Assembly: GCA_937928635.1 (NCBI GenBank)
Contig: CALFWM010000048.1
Coordinates: 80,221-144,220, forward strand
Reading direction: 5' to 3'
Length of the DNA stretch: 64,000 nucleotides
Source of the DNA: an uncultured Sulfitobacter sp.
Lineage (GTDB): Bacteria > Pseudomonadota > Alphaproteobacteria > Rhodobacterales > Rhodobacteraceae
Shown here piece after piece: positions 54,214 through 64,000 of this stretch. The notes below the pieces were generated by a model. The model was given only the letters and a program-made list of their open reading frames with translations, did no database searches and was not told the DNA's origin. Position 1 is the first letter of the stretch; each line of letters opens with the position of its first letter. A program made the translations under genes and the position numbers.

Positions 54214-55524
54214 GTGAGACGTATCTTTAGGCTGGCGCTGTTCCGGCGATTTGCAAGCAGCGTGCGCGAAGAAGGCATGGGCGAAGCCATGCGCAAGGCC
54301 CGCACGTTTATTGGGATGCGTCTGCGAAATGCCGCGCCCAGCGCCTTGGGTCTGGCCAAGGGCGGGCCTGTGCGCGATGACGCCTATTTGCACGGGATCT
54401 GGCAGTCTTTGGCGCAGGAAGAAGGGTTTCACATCACCGCAGCACCCGCCCTTGCGCAAGAGCGCCGGCAGGTCGCGTTGATCGGGGATATCAACCTGCC
54501 GCAATGCCGCAAGTACCGTGTTGAACAGCTTGCCGCATTTTGGCGCGAACGGGGTGTGGGGTTTGAATACGCGCATTATCAGGATGTGCCCCGTGCTGCA
54601 CGGATCATGCAGAACGCGACGCATCTGATGGAATACCGCCTGCAAACCACGCCCGTCACAGAAATGCTGCGTTATGAGGCACGCCGTTTGCGGCTGCCGA
54701 TCTGTTTTGATCTGGACGACCCGCTGTTTTCGGTCTCCGCCTATGAAACCTACGGCAATATGAAGGCGGTGGACCCGGGCCTAAAGGCACATTTTCTGGG
54801 TGAAGCACCCAAATATCTCAGCATGATGAACGGTGCGGATATCTTGTCCGTATCTACCCCTGGCATGGCCGAACACACCCGACTTTATACGCAGCGACCC
54901 GTTTTTGTGCGGCGCAATTTTGCAGATGCGGAAACCTTGGATGCGGGCCGTGTCGCCATGGCCGGGCGTGCCCCTGATGATGGTCTGTTTCGCGTGGCGT
55001 TTGCCAGTGGGTCGCAGGGTCACGAGATTGATCTGGCCGAAATCATCGCGCCCCTGACGGCCTTTGTTACCGCTGATCCGAACCGGCGTTTGATGCTGAT
55101 CGGCCATTTTGACCCGGATCACTTGCCGCCCGAACTGCTGCCTCAGGTCGAGGCGATCAAATTTTCTACCTACACCAAATACACCGCCGCGCTGGCCCGG
55201 GCGAATTGCGCGGTGATGCCGTTGTGCGATGATATCTTTAACCGCTGTAAATCTGCGGTGCGTGTCATTGATGCGGCCTCCGTCGGGGTGCCGTCAATTG
55301 TGGGCACCGTGGGCGATTTGCAAAACGTTGTACAGGATGGAAAGACAGGATTTGTTGCCACATCCTCGCCCGCGTGGCAGCGTGCGTTGGAAACCTGCGC
55401 GGCTGATGTGGCGGCGACACGCGCGATGGGCGCAGCGGCACGCGCTGATCTGGAAACCCGTTGGCAAGCGTCAGATGCTGATCACATTATCGCCCCAGAG
55501 CTGATCAAATGGGTTGAGGCATGA
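54214..55524 (+). CDS. glycosyltransferase-like protein (GT-B C-terminal domain)
   Basis: ORF track 54085..55524. Its 5' end overlaps the divergent GT2 gene, so I trimmed to GTG 54214 / TTG 54211 after AAGGAAA. The C-terminal 'CAVMPLCDDIFNRCKSAVRVIDAASVGVPSIV...DGKTGFV' is GT-B-like. Confidence 0.6.
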   Translation: MRRIFRLALFRRFASSVREEGMGEAMRKARTFIGMRLRNAAPSALGLAKGGPVRDDAYLHGIWQSLAQEEGFHITAAPALAQERRQVALIGDINLPQCRKYRVEQLAAFWRERGVGFEYAHYQDVPRAARIMQNATHLMEYRLQTTPVTEMLRYEARRLRLPICFDLDDPLFSVSAYETYGNMKAVDPGLKAHFLGEAPKYLSMMNGADILSVSTPGMAEHTRLYTQRPVFVRRNFADAETLDAGRVAMAGRAPDDGLFRVAFASGSQGHEIDLAEIIAPLTAFVTADPNRRLMLIGHFDPDHLPPELLPQVEAIKFSTYTKYTAALARANCAVMPLCDDIFNRCKSAVRVIDAASVGVPSIVGTVGDLQNVVQDGKTGFVATSSPAWQRALETCAADVAATRAMGAAARADLETRWQASDADHIIAPELIKWVEA

Positions 55525-56738
55525 CCCATAAGCACATTCTGTTGGCGAATGTCTTTTTTGCACCCTATTCCTATGGCGGTGCCACGGTGGTGGCTGAACA
55601 GGTGGCGCATGCGCTGCTGGAGCGTGGCGATTATACCATCACTGCCGTATCGCTGTGCTGTCGTTACGATCTGGCCCCTTATACGCTGGTCAAGACGGAG
55701 CAACACGGGATCACAAACTATCTGATCAACGTGCCGCCTGAACGTGAATATGCGCAGATGTACGACAACCCGGAAGTTACCGAAGTTCTGAAAGAGCTGA
55801 TTGCGTGGACAGAGCCCGATTTGGTGCACGCCCATTGCATTCAGGACATCGGCACCGGCATTCTTGAGGCGGCTGAGGCGCAGGGCGTGCCGTCTATCCT
55901 GAGCGTGCATGATTTTTGGTGGATCTGTGAACGGCAGTTCATGATCCGTATCGACAATACCTATTGTGGGCAAAACCCAATCCGGATTGAGAACTGCAAG
56001 AATTGCGTGGAGAACTTTGAGAGTGCAAGGGCGCGGTTTGCCCATCTGACCAAATCAAGCGCGCTGGCGCAGCATGTGACCTATCCCAGCGCCTTTGCCA
56101 AAGATCTGAGCGAGGCGTCAGGTTTTGCAGTTGGTCGGGGGCTGGTTTGGGAAAATGGTGTGCATCTGCCGGAGCCGGAATTTTTTGAGCAACAAACAGC
56201 ACGACGGGCGCAAAACGGACGGATGACGTTTGGGTTTGTTGGCGGCCCCTCGCAGATCAAGGGCTGGCCATTGATCCGCCGCGCCTTTGGCAATCTGACG
56301 GGTGATGACTTTGATGTTCTTGTGGTTGAGGGCAGCATGGATGAATCCTGGTGGAAGGGTCATACCTTTGATGATCTACCGGGCAATTGGCAGGTTCATC
56401 CACGGTTCAGTCAGGCGCGGATGGACGAATTTTATGCCAAGATTGATGTGTTGTTGTTTATGTCTCAATGGAAAGAAACCTTTGGTCTGGCGATCCGCGA
56501 GGCGTTATCGCGCGGCATCAAAGTGATCCAGACGGACAGTGGCGGGACAACCGAACATGGCACAACGCCCGCCGATCAGCTGATCCCGATTGCCGCACCA
56601 CCCGAGGTTTTGCAAGTTCAGCTGGAGGCGGCATTGGCCGCGCATCCAGCCCCGCAGCCCACCTATAAGGTTGCCAGTTTTGCAGATCAGGCGGCAGCCT
56701 TTGATCAGCTTGTGCAACAGGTGCTTGCCGCGCGCTAG
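55521..56738 (+). CDS. glycosyltransferase family 4
   Basis: 405 aa. 'ILLANVFFAPYSYGGATVVAEQ', 'VHAHCIQD', 'MSQWKETFGLAIREALSRGIKVIQTDSGG'. Confidence 0.8.
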   Translation: MTHKHILLANVFFAPYSYGGATVVAEQVAHALLERGDYTITAVSLCCRYDLAPYTLVKTEQHGITNYLINVPPEREYAQMYDNPEVTEVLKELIAWTEPDLVHAHCIQDIGTGILEAAEAQGVPSILSVHDFWWICERQFMIRIDNTYCGQNPIRIENCKNCVENFESARARFAHLTKSSALAQHVTYPSAFAKDLSEASGFAVGRGLVWENGVHLPEPEFFEQQTARRAQNGRMTFGFVGGPSQIKGWPLIRRAFGNLTGDDFDVLVVEGSMDESWWKGHTFDDLPGNWQVHPRFSQARMDEFYAKIDVLLFMSQWKETFGLAIREALSRGIKVIQTDSGGTTEHGTTPADQLIPIAAPPEVLQVQLEAALAAHPAPQPTYKVASFADQAAAFDQLVQQVLAAR

Positions 56739-59506
56739 AATATGAAATCACTTTCGTCGAGGTCTGTAATGCTGACCCCGGTCAGACGGATCGAGCTGCT
56801 GACGCCCGTCACGATCACGACATCGCCACCCTCTTGGGTCGAAAAGGCGGAGACCGTCGCAAAGCTGTCAATCTGGGTCATGCCGCTTAGGTCAATCCGT
56901 TCCAATGTGTTGAAGGCGTTAAAGTCAGCGATCCGGTCGTGGCCATGGAAATCTGCAAAGACAAATGTGTCGGCGTTAAAGTTGCCAAACAGCAAATCGT
57001 TTCCAGTGCCCCCAATCACCGTGTCAAAATCAGCGCCGGCATAGACAGTGTCATTGCCTGATCCGCCATCAATGATGTCTGCACCAGAGCCGCCAAAGAA
57101 CCGATCATTGCCTGCACCGCCCCAAAGCGTGTCATCGCCCCATTCGCCAAAATGCCCGTCATTACCGTCGCCGCCATACAAGCGGTCATTTTCGGTGCCG
57201 CCAAAGAGACGGTCAAGACCGGCCCCACCCAGCAAAAGATCAGCGCCCGCACGGCCAAACAGGTTGTCGGCCTGCGCGCCTCCGTCAATTGTGTCGTTCC
57301 CTGTGCCGCCGTCCAGAAAATCAAATCCGCCGTCGCCATAAATTACATCGTCACCCGCTTCGCCCCAGACGCCGTCAACGGTCATGCTAAAGTTGCTGCC
57401 CGCGCTGATGAAATCGTTTCCAGCGCCTCCGTACAGCCGATCTGCCGTGGCCCCGCCCCAGATTGAGTCGTCGCCTTGGTCACCAAAAATCTGGTCATAT
57501 CCCAGCCCCCCCAAAATAACATCGTCGCCGCCCCCCGCGAGGATGGAATCCGCCCCGTCACCCCCCGCAATGGTATCCGCGCCACTTTGCGCAATGATCG
57601 TATCAAATCCGGTGCCGCCCATCACGACGTCTGACCCATTGCCCGAATTGATAGCGTCATTCCCTCCGTCGCCGCTCACGCTGTCATTGCCGTCGCCCGA
57701 CCGGATGGTGTCATTGCCGAAAAGACCAAAGATGTAGTTGTTTGCCCCGAACGTCAGGATGTTGTTTGCGGCTGCCGTGCCCAATGTGGTTGCCTGATTC
57801 AGATCCAGCGAAAACCCCGGGCTGGGGCGCCAGCCGTCAAAAACAGGCACAGCGCCGGGCATCTGTGCTTGAAAATTGGGGTCTGGATTAGTGCCGCCAC
57901 CGTCATTGTCTGTGTCGTCAGGTGCATCGGGGTTGCCGGGGTCAGGCTCTGGCACGTAAGTGCCGCGCTCAGGGTAGAGTGACAGGTCAACCTCCACCCG
58001 GCCGCCAATGATCAGATTTTCAGCGGTGAAATCAGTGGCGCGCAGTGGTGCACCGTTTGTAGATCTGACGTCGATCACTTCATCGCCAAACCGCAGTTCC
58101 GCACCCCAACTGCGCGTTGTAACGGCTATGTCACCCGTCCCGCCGATGGAGCCAAATCCGGACAGGTCCAACACATCTTCAAGGGGATCAAAATCCTCGA
58201 TCACATCATCGGCCCCGTCGCGCGCCAATACAAACGTGTCCACACCTGCGCCGCCGCTAAGGGTGTCGGCCCCTTCACCATCCATGACAAAGTCATCGCC
58301 AGATCCGCCGGTGATCAAATCTGCCCCGTCGCCGCCGATCAGGACATCATCACCAGCGGTGCCCTGCATCGTATCGCCCGTGTCATTCGCGAGGTCAGCA
58401 ACACCAAGGTTGTCAAACGAGACTGAGAATTCGGAGAGATAGGGGGCCGCCTCCGTTGAGGCCCAGATGCGAAGCCCACCGGGAATAGCCATGGCCTCCA
58501 ACGCAGTGATGCCATTCAGGGGCGCATCAATGGTTGCCTCAAAGGTTTCGACGTGTTGCAGGCAACCGCCCGGTAACATCACAAACAAGCTCAACCCGTT
58601 GTCTGCACCGGCGGCCAGCACATAGCTTTGATCCGCGATGGTGACACTGGTCACATGGCTGGCGTTGTCAAAGCGGGTGTCACGGGTATCAAGCACGTGA
58701 TCCACCACGGTCATCCCGTCGCCGGTCACGGCCAGCACGCTGAGTGAATCAGTGCCGCTTGCGGCCACCACAACATAAAGACCGCCATCTGCGGCCGTCG
58801 CCACGCTAAGGGCACCGGGGCGGTCCACCCACAGACCCACGTTTGCCGCAACGCTGTCTACATAGGTCAATGAACCATCGCCCTGCTGGCGATACATCGC
58901 GACGGTGTTTTCTGTGCCGTAGCTTGCAAAGGCGTAGGTCTGACCGTTGTGGGTTGTGGTCACAAGGTTGCTGGCCAGGGCAGACGTCAGGCCCGTGCCC
59001 TCGATGATTGGGGTCACGTTCAGGGTATTGCCAGAGCCAAATGAGATGTTGACCAATCCGCCACTGCGCAGTGCAGCGATACCATGATCAGAGGTGCCAA
59101 AAAGCTCCAATTCAGTGAATGTGCTCAGGTTATGGCCCGGTGATGAAACGGAGAGCTGTGTATCAAACAAGGGCCCCTGCCCGTCGTCATGAAGGCGCAA
59201 ACCCCGCATGCCGTTGCCGGCCAGCCCGGCGAGGTAAAGCTCTGGCCCAGCGTCCCCGTTGCGAAACACCAGATCAGTGGTTTCAAGTTGCAGGTATTGT
59301 GCGCTGATTTGCCAAAATCCGGCTTGCGTTGATTGCCCAGCGGCATCGCCCAGGTCAAAGCCGGTCAGGTAACCACCGCCGCGCGCCGTTGCAAAAAGGG
59401 TTGTGCCGCCGCCGGTTTCCACCAGCTGCAAATCATTCAACCCAACCAGTCCATCCGTTCGCGTTGAAACAAGCGACTCCTGAACAGTAAAAACTGCCCT
59501 GACCAT
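56735..59506 (-). CDS. large RTX calcium-binding protein with an N-terminal beta-propeller-like region
   Basis: ORF track 56735..59521; the ATG at 59506 ('MVRAVFTV') is an alternative start. The N-terminal roughly 370 aa have repeated 'G..Y.fa....n.v..y' blade-like segments. The C-terminal half carries more than 20 GGxGxD repeats and ends 'DESDFIF'. Confidence 0.8.
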   Translation of the reverse strand: MVRAVFTVQESLVSTRTDGLVGLNDLQLVETGGGTTLFATARGGGYLTGFDLGDAAGQSTQAGFWQISAQYLQLETTDLVFRNGDAGPELYLAGLAGNGMRGLRLHDDGQGPLFDTQLSVSSPGHNLSTFTELELFGTSDHGIAALRSGGLVNISFGSGNTLNVTPIIEGTGLTSALASNLVTTTHNGQTYAFASYGTENTVAMYRQQGDGSLTYVDSVAANVGLWVDRPGALSVATAADGGLYVVVAASGTDSLSVLAVTGDGMTVVDHVLDTRDTRFDNASHVTSVTIADQSYVLAAGADNGLSLFVMLPGGCLQHVETFEATIDAPLNGITALEAMAIPGGLRIWASTEAAPYLSEFSVSFDNLGVADLANDTGDTMQGTAGDDVLIGGDGADLITGGSGDDFVMDGEGADTLSGGAGVDTFVLARDGADDVIEDFDPLEDVLDLSGFGSIGGTGDIAVTTRSWGAELRFGDEVIDVRSTNGAPLRATDFTAENLIIGGRVEVDLSLYPERGTYVPEPDPGNPDAPDDTDNDGGGTNPDPNFQAQMPGAVPVFDGWRPSPGFSLDLNQATTLGTAAANNILTFGANNYIFGLFGNDTIRSGDGNDSVSGDGGNDAINSGNGSDVVMGGTGFDTIIAQSGADTIAGGDGADSILAGGGDDVILGGLGYDQIFGDQGDDSIWGGATADRLYGGAGNDFISAGSNFSMTVDGVWGEAGDDVIYGDGGFDFLDGGTGNDTIDGGAQADNLFGRAGADLLLGGAGLDRLFGGTENDRLYGGDGNDGHFGEWGDDTLWGGAGNDRFFGGSGADIIDGGSGNDTVYAGADFDTVIGGTGNDLLFGNFNADTFVFADFHGHDRIADFNAFNTLERIDLSGMTQIDSFATVSAFSTQEGGDVVIVTGVSSSIRLTGVSITDLDESDFIF

Positions 59507-59723
59507 TGCACCGCACTCCACAATCCCGGTTGGGTTGTCGCGCAGCGTAGGGGCGCGGGCCGTGATGGGAATGCGGCGATTTTGTGACCCCTGTCGTCAA
59601 TTTTAGAAACAATGCGTTGCCTGTGACCCAAATGTTGCGCGCGCATACGTAGGGGCGGTTTTACCTTTGCGTCACAACTTGCGCGTCAGCCGCTATTGCA
59701 CCCACCAAAAAAGGACGCCTTTC

Positions 59724-60770
59724 ATGCCAGAACTTTCGCCTATTCTGTCGTTGCCCTATTTGCAGCCCGCACAGGCCCAGAAACACGTTACCCACAATGA
59801 GGCGCTGCGCATTCTGGATGCCCTGACCCAGCTCAGCGTGATCGACATCGCCCTCAGTACGCCTCCCGCTACGCCAAACAACGGTGACCGCTATGTGGTT
59901 GGTCCCGCCGCCACTGATGCCTGGCAGGGTCAGGAAAACGCCATCGCCCTGTGGGCCGAAACGGGTTGGGTGTTTTACGCGCCAGGCACAGGCTGGCGGG
60001 TTGATGTGGCCGCCACCGGTCAGGTGCAGCGTTTTGACGGGACCAATTGGGTGTCACCGGGCGCGTCAGATGTGCAGAATGTGCCGCTTGTCGGGGTCAA
60101 TACCACGGCGGATATAACCAACCGGCTGGCTGTTTCATCAGACGCAACATTGTTGAACAACGCAGGCGGCGGGCATCAGCTAAAGTTGAACAAAGCCAAC
60201 GTGGCTGATACGGTAAGCCTTTTGTTTCAAACGGGATTTTCAGGCCGCGCAGAAATGGGCACGGCAGGAACTGATGGGTTTTTCATTAAGGTGAGCGCTG
60301 ATGGCAGCACCTTTGAAAACGCGCTTGAGGTGGATGAAGTCACGGGAACAGCCACCGTGAAAAAGCGGTTCTTTGCCGCCGGCCTGCTGAGCGATCAAAC
60401 CGGGGTCAGCAACCAGCTGCAATCGCCAGTCCTGTTTGACAGCGCACCACAGAACGATGACAGCATGGTGAATCTGGGCAATGGACAATTGACGCCCCCT
60501 GCTGGCGCGGTGTCAGCCGTGGCAGGGGTGCGGGTCACGGATGTGATCAGCAATGGAAATTGCTCCATCAGCATTTGGAAAAACGGTGCGCTCCTGATGC
60601 AAAAAGGGGGCATTGCGAACAGCACGGGCGAGATCAGCCTGGATGTCACGTTACACGATATTTGCACCGGAAGTGACACCTACGCGGTGCGGGTATTTTT
60701 GAATACTGCAACCACGGGCACATTGGACAGCAATCCGGCCAATACCTACTTCCGCGGCTTTCATCACTGA
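59724..60770 (+). CDS. DUF2793 domain-containing protein (fibre/tail-fibre-like)
   Basis: ORF track 59667..60770. I trimmed to the ATG at 59724 (RBS AAGGA). The N-terminus 'LSLPYLQPAQAQKHVTHNEALRILD...GDRYVV...W.GQENAIA' is the DUF2793 signature as I recall it. Confidence 0.7.
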   Translation: MPELSPILSLPYLQPAQAQKHVTHNEALRILDALTQLSVIDIALSTPPATPNNGDRYVVGPAATDAWQGQENAIALWAETGWVFYAPGTGWRVDVAATGQVQRFDGTNWVSPGASDVQNVPLVGVNTTADITNRLAVSSDATLLNNAGGGHQLKLNKANVADTVSLLFQTGFSGRAEMGTAGTDGFFIKVSADGSTFENALEVDEVTGTATVKKRFFAAGLLSDQTGVSNQLQSPVLFDSAPQNDDSMVNLGNGQLTPPAGAVSAVAGVRVTDVISNGNCSISIWKNGALLMQKGGIANSTGEISLDVTLHDICTGSDTYAVRVFLNTATTGTLDSNPANTYFRGFHH

Positions 60771-60859
60771 GAAAAGCGCATGTAATGGCGGCATTCGCTC
60801 CGTGACATTCCTGACTTTGCTTGATAAAGCCCAGCCAGGAATTACCACGGAGCGCTTGC

Positions 60860-61426
60860 GTGAAAATTACAGAGACAGCCCTAAGCGGTGTATTGCTGCT
60901 TGAACCGGCGCGGTTTGGCGACGCGCGCGGATTTTTTTCAGAAAGCTGGAATCGGAAGACCCTTGCGGATCAGGGGGTTGCGTATGACTTTGTACAAGAT
61001 AACCATTCCCTTTCTGCCGCTATGGGCACCGTACGTGGGTTGCATTTTCAATCCCCGCCCCATGCCCAGGATAAGCTGGTCCGTTGCGGGCGGGGCGCGT
61101 TGTTTGACGTGGCCGTTGATATCCGCAAGGGCAGCCCGACCTTTGGCCAATGGGTCGGCTATGAGCTGACCGCAGAAAACGGTTTGCAGCTTTTGGTGCC
61201 TGCCGGATTTTTGCATGGGTTTGCCACCCGCGCCCCAAATACCGAAATTGTATACAAATGTACCGATTACTATGCGCCGGAGTGCGATGGGGCGGTGCGG
61301 TTTGATGACCCTGATCTTGGAATTGATTGGGGCATTGAAGGCGATGCTGTGCTGTCTGAGAAAGACGCCAAAGCAACGCTGATGGCTGATTTTGACAGCC
61401 CGTTCATTTACGAGGAAATTGCATGA
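60860..61426 (+). CDS. rmlC: dTDP-4-dehydrorhamnose 3,5-epimerase
   Basis: ORF track 60821..61426; the GTG at 60860 follows ACGGAG. '[10 protein letters not shown]', '[16 protein letters not shown]', '[16 protein letters not shown]'. Confidence 0.9.
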   Translation: MKITETALSGVLLLEPARFGDARGFFSESWNRKTLADQGVAYDFVQDNHSLSAAMGTVRGLHFQSPPHAQDKLVRCGRGALFDVAVDIRKGSPTFGQWVGYELTAENGLQLLVPAGFLHGFATRAPNTEIVYKCTDYYAPECDGAVRFDDPDLGIDWGIEGDAVLSEKDAKATLMADFDSPFIYEEIA

Positions 61427-62463
61427 AAATCTTGGTAACCGGCGGTGCCGGGTTTATTGGCTCTGCCGTGGTGCGGCTGGCCATTTCGCGCGGGCATTCC
61501 GTGGTGAACGTGGATGCAATGACCTATGCAGGCTGTGCAGAAAACGTCGCCAGTGTTGCCGACAGCCCGCTTTACGCGTTTGAACAAACGGACATCCGCG
61601 ACCGCGCAGCATTGGACGCCGTCTTTGCCAAGCATGAACCGGATTCTGTGATGCATCTGGCAGCAGAGAGCCATGTGGACCGTTCCATCGACGGCCCCGG
61701 TGATTTTATCGAAACCAACATCACCGGCACCTACAACATGCTGGAGGTCGCGCGCGCCTATTGGGAGAGCATCGACAAGGCGGAGACCTTTCGCTTTCAT
61801 CATATCTCCACGGATGAGGTTTTTGGCTCTTTGGGTGACACCGGCATGTTCACCGAAGACACGCCTTATGATCCACGTTCACCCTATTCTGCGTCCAAAG
61901 CCTCCAGTGATCATCTGGTGCGTGCCTGGCATGAAACCTATGACTTGCCCGTTGTCTTGACCAATTGTTCCAACAACTACGGGCCCTATCACTTCCCTGA
62001 AAAGCTCGTGCCGGTGGTGATTCTGAACGCGCTGGCGGGTAAAGACATTCCGGTCTACGGCGAGGGCCTGAACGTCCGTGATTGGCTTTATGTTGAGGAC
62101 CACGCAGATGCGCTGTTGCTGGTCATGCAAAAGGGTGTCAGCGGCCGCAGCTATAACATCGGCGGCGAGAACGAGGCGCGCAACATTGATCTGGTGAAAA
62201 CCATCTGCGCGATCCTCGATGAAAAGCGCCCCAAGAACGCCAAGTACGAAGAGCAAATCACCTTTGTCGCGGATCGTGCGGGCCATGATCTGCGCTATGC
62301 GATTGATCCCACGCGCATCCGGGATGAGCTGGGCTGGCGTCCTTCTGTCACCGTTGAAGAAGGGCTGGAGCGCACCGTGCAATGGTATCTCGACAATGAG
62401 GACTGGTGGCGCGCGCTGCAAAACCGGGACGGCGTGGGCATGCGTCTGGGCGTGAAGACCTGA
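61423..62463 (+). CDS. rmlB: dTDP-glucose 4,6-dehydratase
   Basis: 346 aa. '[14 protein letters not shown]', '[12 protein letters not shown]', '[15 protein letters not shown]'. Confidence 0.95.
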   Translation: MKILVTGGAGFIGSAVVRLAISRGHSVVNVDAMTYAGCAENVASVADSPLYAFEQTDIRDRAALDAVFAKHEPDSVMHLAAESHVDRSIDGPGDFIETNITGTYNMLEVARAYWESIDKAETFRFHHISTDEVFGSLGDTGMFTEDTPYDPRSPYSASKASSDHLVRAWHETYDLPVVLTNCSNNYGPYHFPEKLVPVVILNALAGKDIPVYGEGLNVRDWLYVEDHADALLLVMQKGVSGRSYNIGGENEARNIDLVKTICAILDEKRPKNAKYEEQITFVADRAGHDLRYAIDPTRIRDELGWRPSVTVEEGLERTVQWYLDNEDWWRALQNRDGVGMRLGVKT

Positions 62464-62480
62464 ACAGGGGGCAGTTAGCC

Positions 62481-63332
62481 GTGAATATTCTTGTTTTCGG
62501 GAAGAACGGTCAGGTCGCAACCGAACTGGCTGCTTTGGAGGGCGTGACCTGTCTGGGTCGTGATGTTGCGGACCTGAGCGATCCGTCCGCCTGTGCGGCT
62601 GCCATCGCGCAGCATGCGCCTGGCGCGGTGATCAACGCAGCGGCCTATACGGCTGTGGACAAGGCCGAAAGCGAAGAGCCGCTTGCGCAAGTGATCAACG
62701 GGCAGGCCCCCGGCGCGATGGCGCGGGCCTGCGCATCGCAGGGCATTCCGCTGGTGCATATCTCAACCGATTACGTGTTTGCTGGCGACGGCACGACGCC
62801 TTGGCAGCCGAGTGATCCGACGGGACCTTTAGGCGCTTATGGCCGTACCAAGCTGGCGGGCGAAGAAGCTGTGCGCGCCGCTGGTGCCACTCATGCGATT
62901 TTGCGGACCTCTTGGGTGGTGTCGGCGCATGGAAATAATTTTGTCAAAACCATGCTGCGCCTCGGGGCGGAGCGGGACGGGCTGACAGTCGTTGGCGATC
63001 AAATCGGTGGACCAACAGGTGCGCGTGAAATTGCAGCGGCCTGTCACACCATCGCGCAGCAGCTGGCGACCGATTCCACCAAATCTGGCATTTATCATTT
63101 CTCCGGCACGCCAGATTGCAGCTGGGCCGATTTTGCGCGCGAAATTTTTGCACAATCCGGGGTCGTCTGTGATGTCACAGATATCTCCACAACTGACTTT
63201 CCCACGCCCGCCAAAAGACCGCCCAATTCTCGTATGGATTGCAGTCATACCCAAGCCACATTTGGGGTGCAAAGACCGGACTGGAAAACGAGCCTGTCTG
63301 GCATTCTAAAGGATCTTGGAGCAGTGAAATGA
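62481..63332 (+). CDS. rmlD: dTDP-4-dehydrorhamnose reductase
   Basis: ORF track 62406..63332. I trimmed to the GTG at 62481 (RBS AGGGGG). '[12 protein letters not shown]', '[13 protein letters not shown]', 'YGRTKLAGE'. Confidence 0.9.
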   Translation: MNILVFGKNGQVATELAALEGVTCLGRDVADLSDPSACAAAIAQHAPGAVINAAAYTAVDKAESEEPLAQVINGQAPGAMARACASQGIPLVHISTDYVFAGDGTTPWQPSDPTGPLGAYGRTKLAGEEAVRAAGATHAILRTSWVVSAHGNNFVKTMLRLGAERDGLTVVGDQIGGPTGAREIAAACHTIAQQLATDSTKSGIYHFSGTPDCSWADFAREIFAQSGVVCDVTDISTTDFPTPAKRPPNSRMDCSHTQATFGVQRPDWKTSLSGILKDLGAVK

Positions 63333-64000
63333 CCAATCGCAAAGGCATCATTCTGGCCGGGGGGTCTGGCACCCGTTTGTACCCGATCACCATGGGCGTC
63401 AGCAAACAGCTGTTGCCGATCTATGACAAGCCGATGGTCTATTACCCGATTTCTGTGCTGATGCTGGCGGGCATTCGCGAGATTGCGATGATCACCACAC
63501 CGCAGGATCAGGATCAGTTCAAGCGCACCCTTGGCGACGGCAGCCAATGGGGCATTTCACTGACCTACATCACCCAACCCAGCCCTGATGGATTGGCGCA
63601 AGCCTACATTCTGGCTGAGGATTTTCTCGATGGCGCCCCGTCTGCGATGGTACTGGGCGACAATATCTTTTTTGGTCATGGCCTGCCCGATACGCTGGCC
63701 GCAGCCGATGCGCATGAAAGGGGCGGCACAGTGTTCGGCTATCATGTGGCAGACCCGGAACGCTACGGCGTTGTAGGTTTTGACAAGGACGGCATCGCCC
63801 GCCAGATCATTGAAAAACCGGAGGTGCCCCCGTCAAATTACGCGGTGACGGGGCTGTATTTTCTGGATGCCGATGCGCCCAAGCTGGCAAAGCAAGTCAA
63901 ACCATCCCCGCGTGGTGAGCTGGAAATCACCTCGCTGCTTGAGATGTATCTGGAAGCGGGCACTCTGCGGGTTGAGCGTATGGGCCGTGGCTTTGCCTGG
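63329..64000 (+). CDS. rmlA: glucose-1-phosphate thymidylyltransferase (3' end beyond the window)
   Basis: It is absent from the ORF track because it has no stop within the window. My own translation from the ATG at 63329 (ATGA overlap with rmlD) gives '[52 protein letters not shown]...'. The frame is open to position 64000 (224 codons). Confidence 0.9.
   Translation, partial: MTNRKGIILAGGSGTRLYPITMGVSKQLLPIYDKPMVYYPISVLMLAGIREIAMITTPQDQDQFKRTLGDGSQWGISLTYITQPSPDGLAQAYILAEDFLDGAPSAMVLGDNIFFGHGLPDTLAAADAHERGGTVFGYHVADPERYGVVGFDKDGIARQIIEKPEVPPSNYAVTGLYFLDADAPKLAKQVKPSPRGELEITSLLEMYLEAGTLRVERMGRGFAW

Overview
GC-rich chromosomal window with about 56 protein-coding genes. Gene content suggests an alphaproteobacterium, probably Rhodobacterales/roseobacter-like; this is inference only. 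I saw no rRNA, tRNA, CRISPR array, transposase or integrase by eye.

Layout:
(1) 2-10482: a partial ABC-like/cNMP-binding gene, a dimethylglycine-dehydrogenase-like gene, a NicX-like ring-cleavage dioxygenase module with a TetR regulator, and a sulfatase.
(2) 10588-29964: the stand-out region.
(3) 30036-37449: a standard xylAB-xylFHG xylose locus with a ROK regulator.
(4) 37446-44311: an FG-GAP/ASPIC protein, a MauG-like di-haem peroxidase and an acyl-CoA module.
(5) 44694-64000: a surface-polysaccharide region (kpsM/E/T, four glycosyltransferases, a sulfotransferase, an FkbM methyltransferase, rmlCBDA). It is interleaved with two RTX/T1SS-type proteins and a DUF2793 protein.

Region (2) starts with a GntR/FCD regulator. 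Next come genes of the gamma-glutamyl-amine / N-alkylglutamate type: GlxBCD/MgsABC-like subunits, a class I amidotransferase, a DAO-family flavoenzyme and a GS-like synthetase. The GS-like gene runs directly into a compact bacterial microcompartment (BMC) operon. That operon encodes one BMC-P, one BMC-H and one EutL/PduB-like BMC-T. It also encodes an acylating aldehyde dehydrogenase, an opine-dehydrogenase-like protein, a malate-dehydrogenase-like protein with an about 90-aa N-terminal extension, and RidA. A Liv-type ABC importer and an amidase follow.

A near-perfect 16-bp palindrome (ATACTGTATACAGTAT) recurs at four promoter-proximal sites and ties these transcription units together. No known BMC signature enzyme is present. 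I therefore propose an uncharacterised amine-catabolic metabolosome in which an N-alkylglutamate-type pathway generates the sequestered aldehyde. All functional calls rest on my reading of the translated ORFs; no searches were run.
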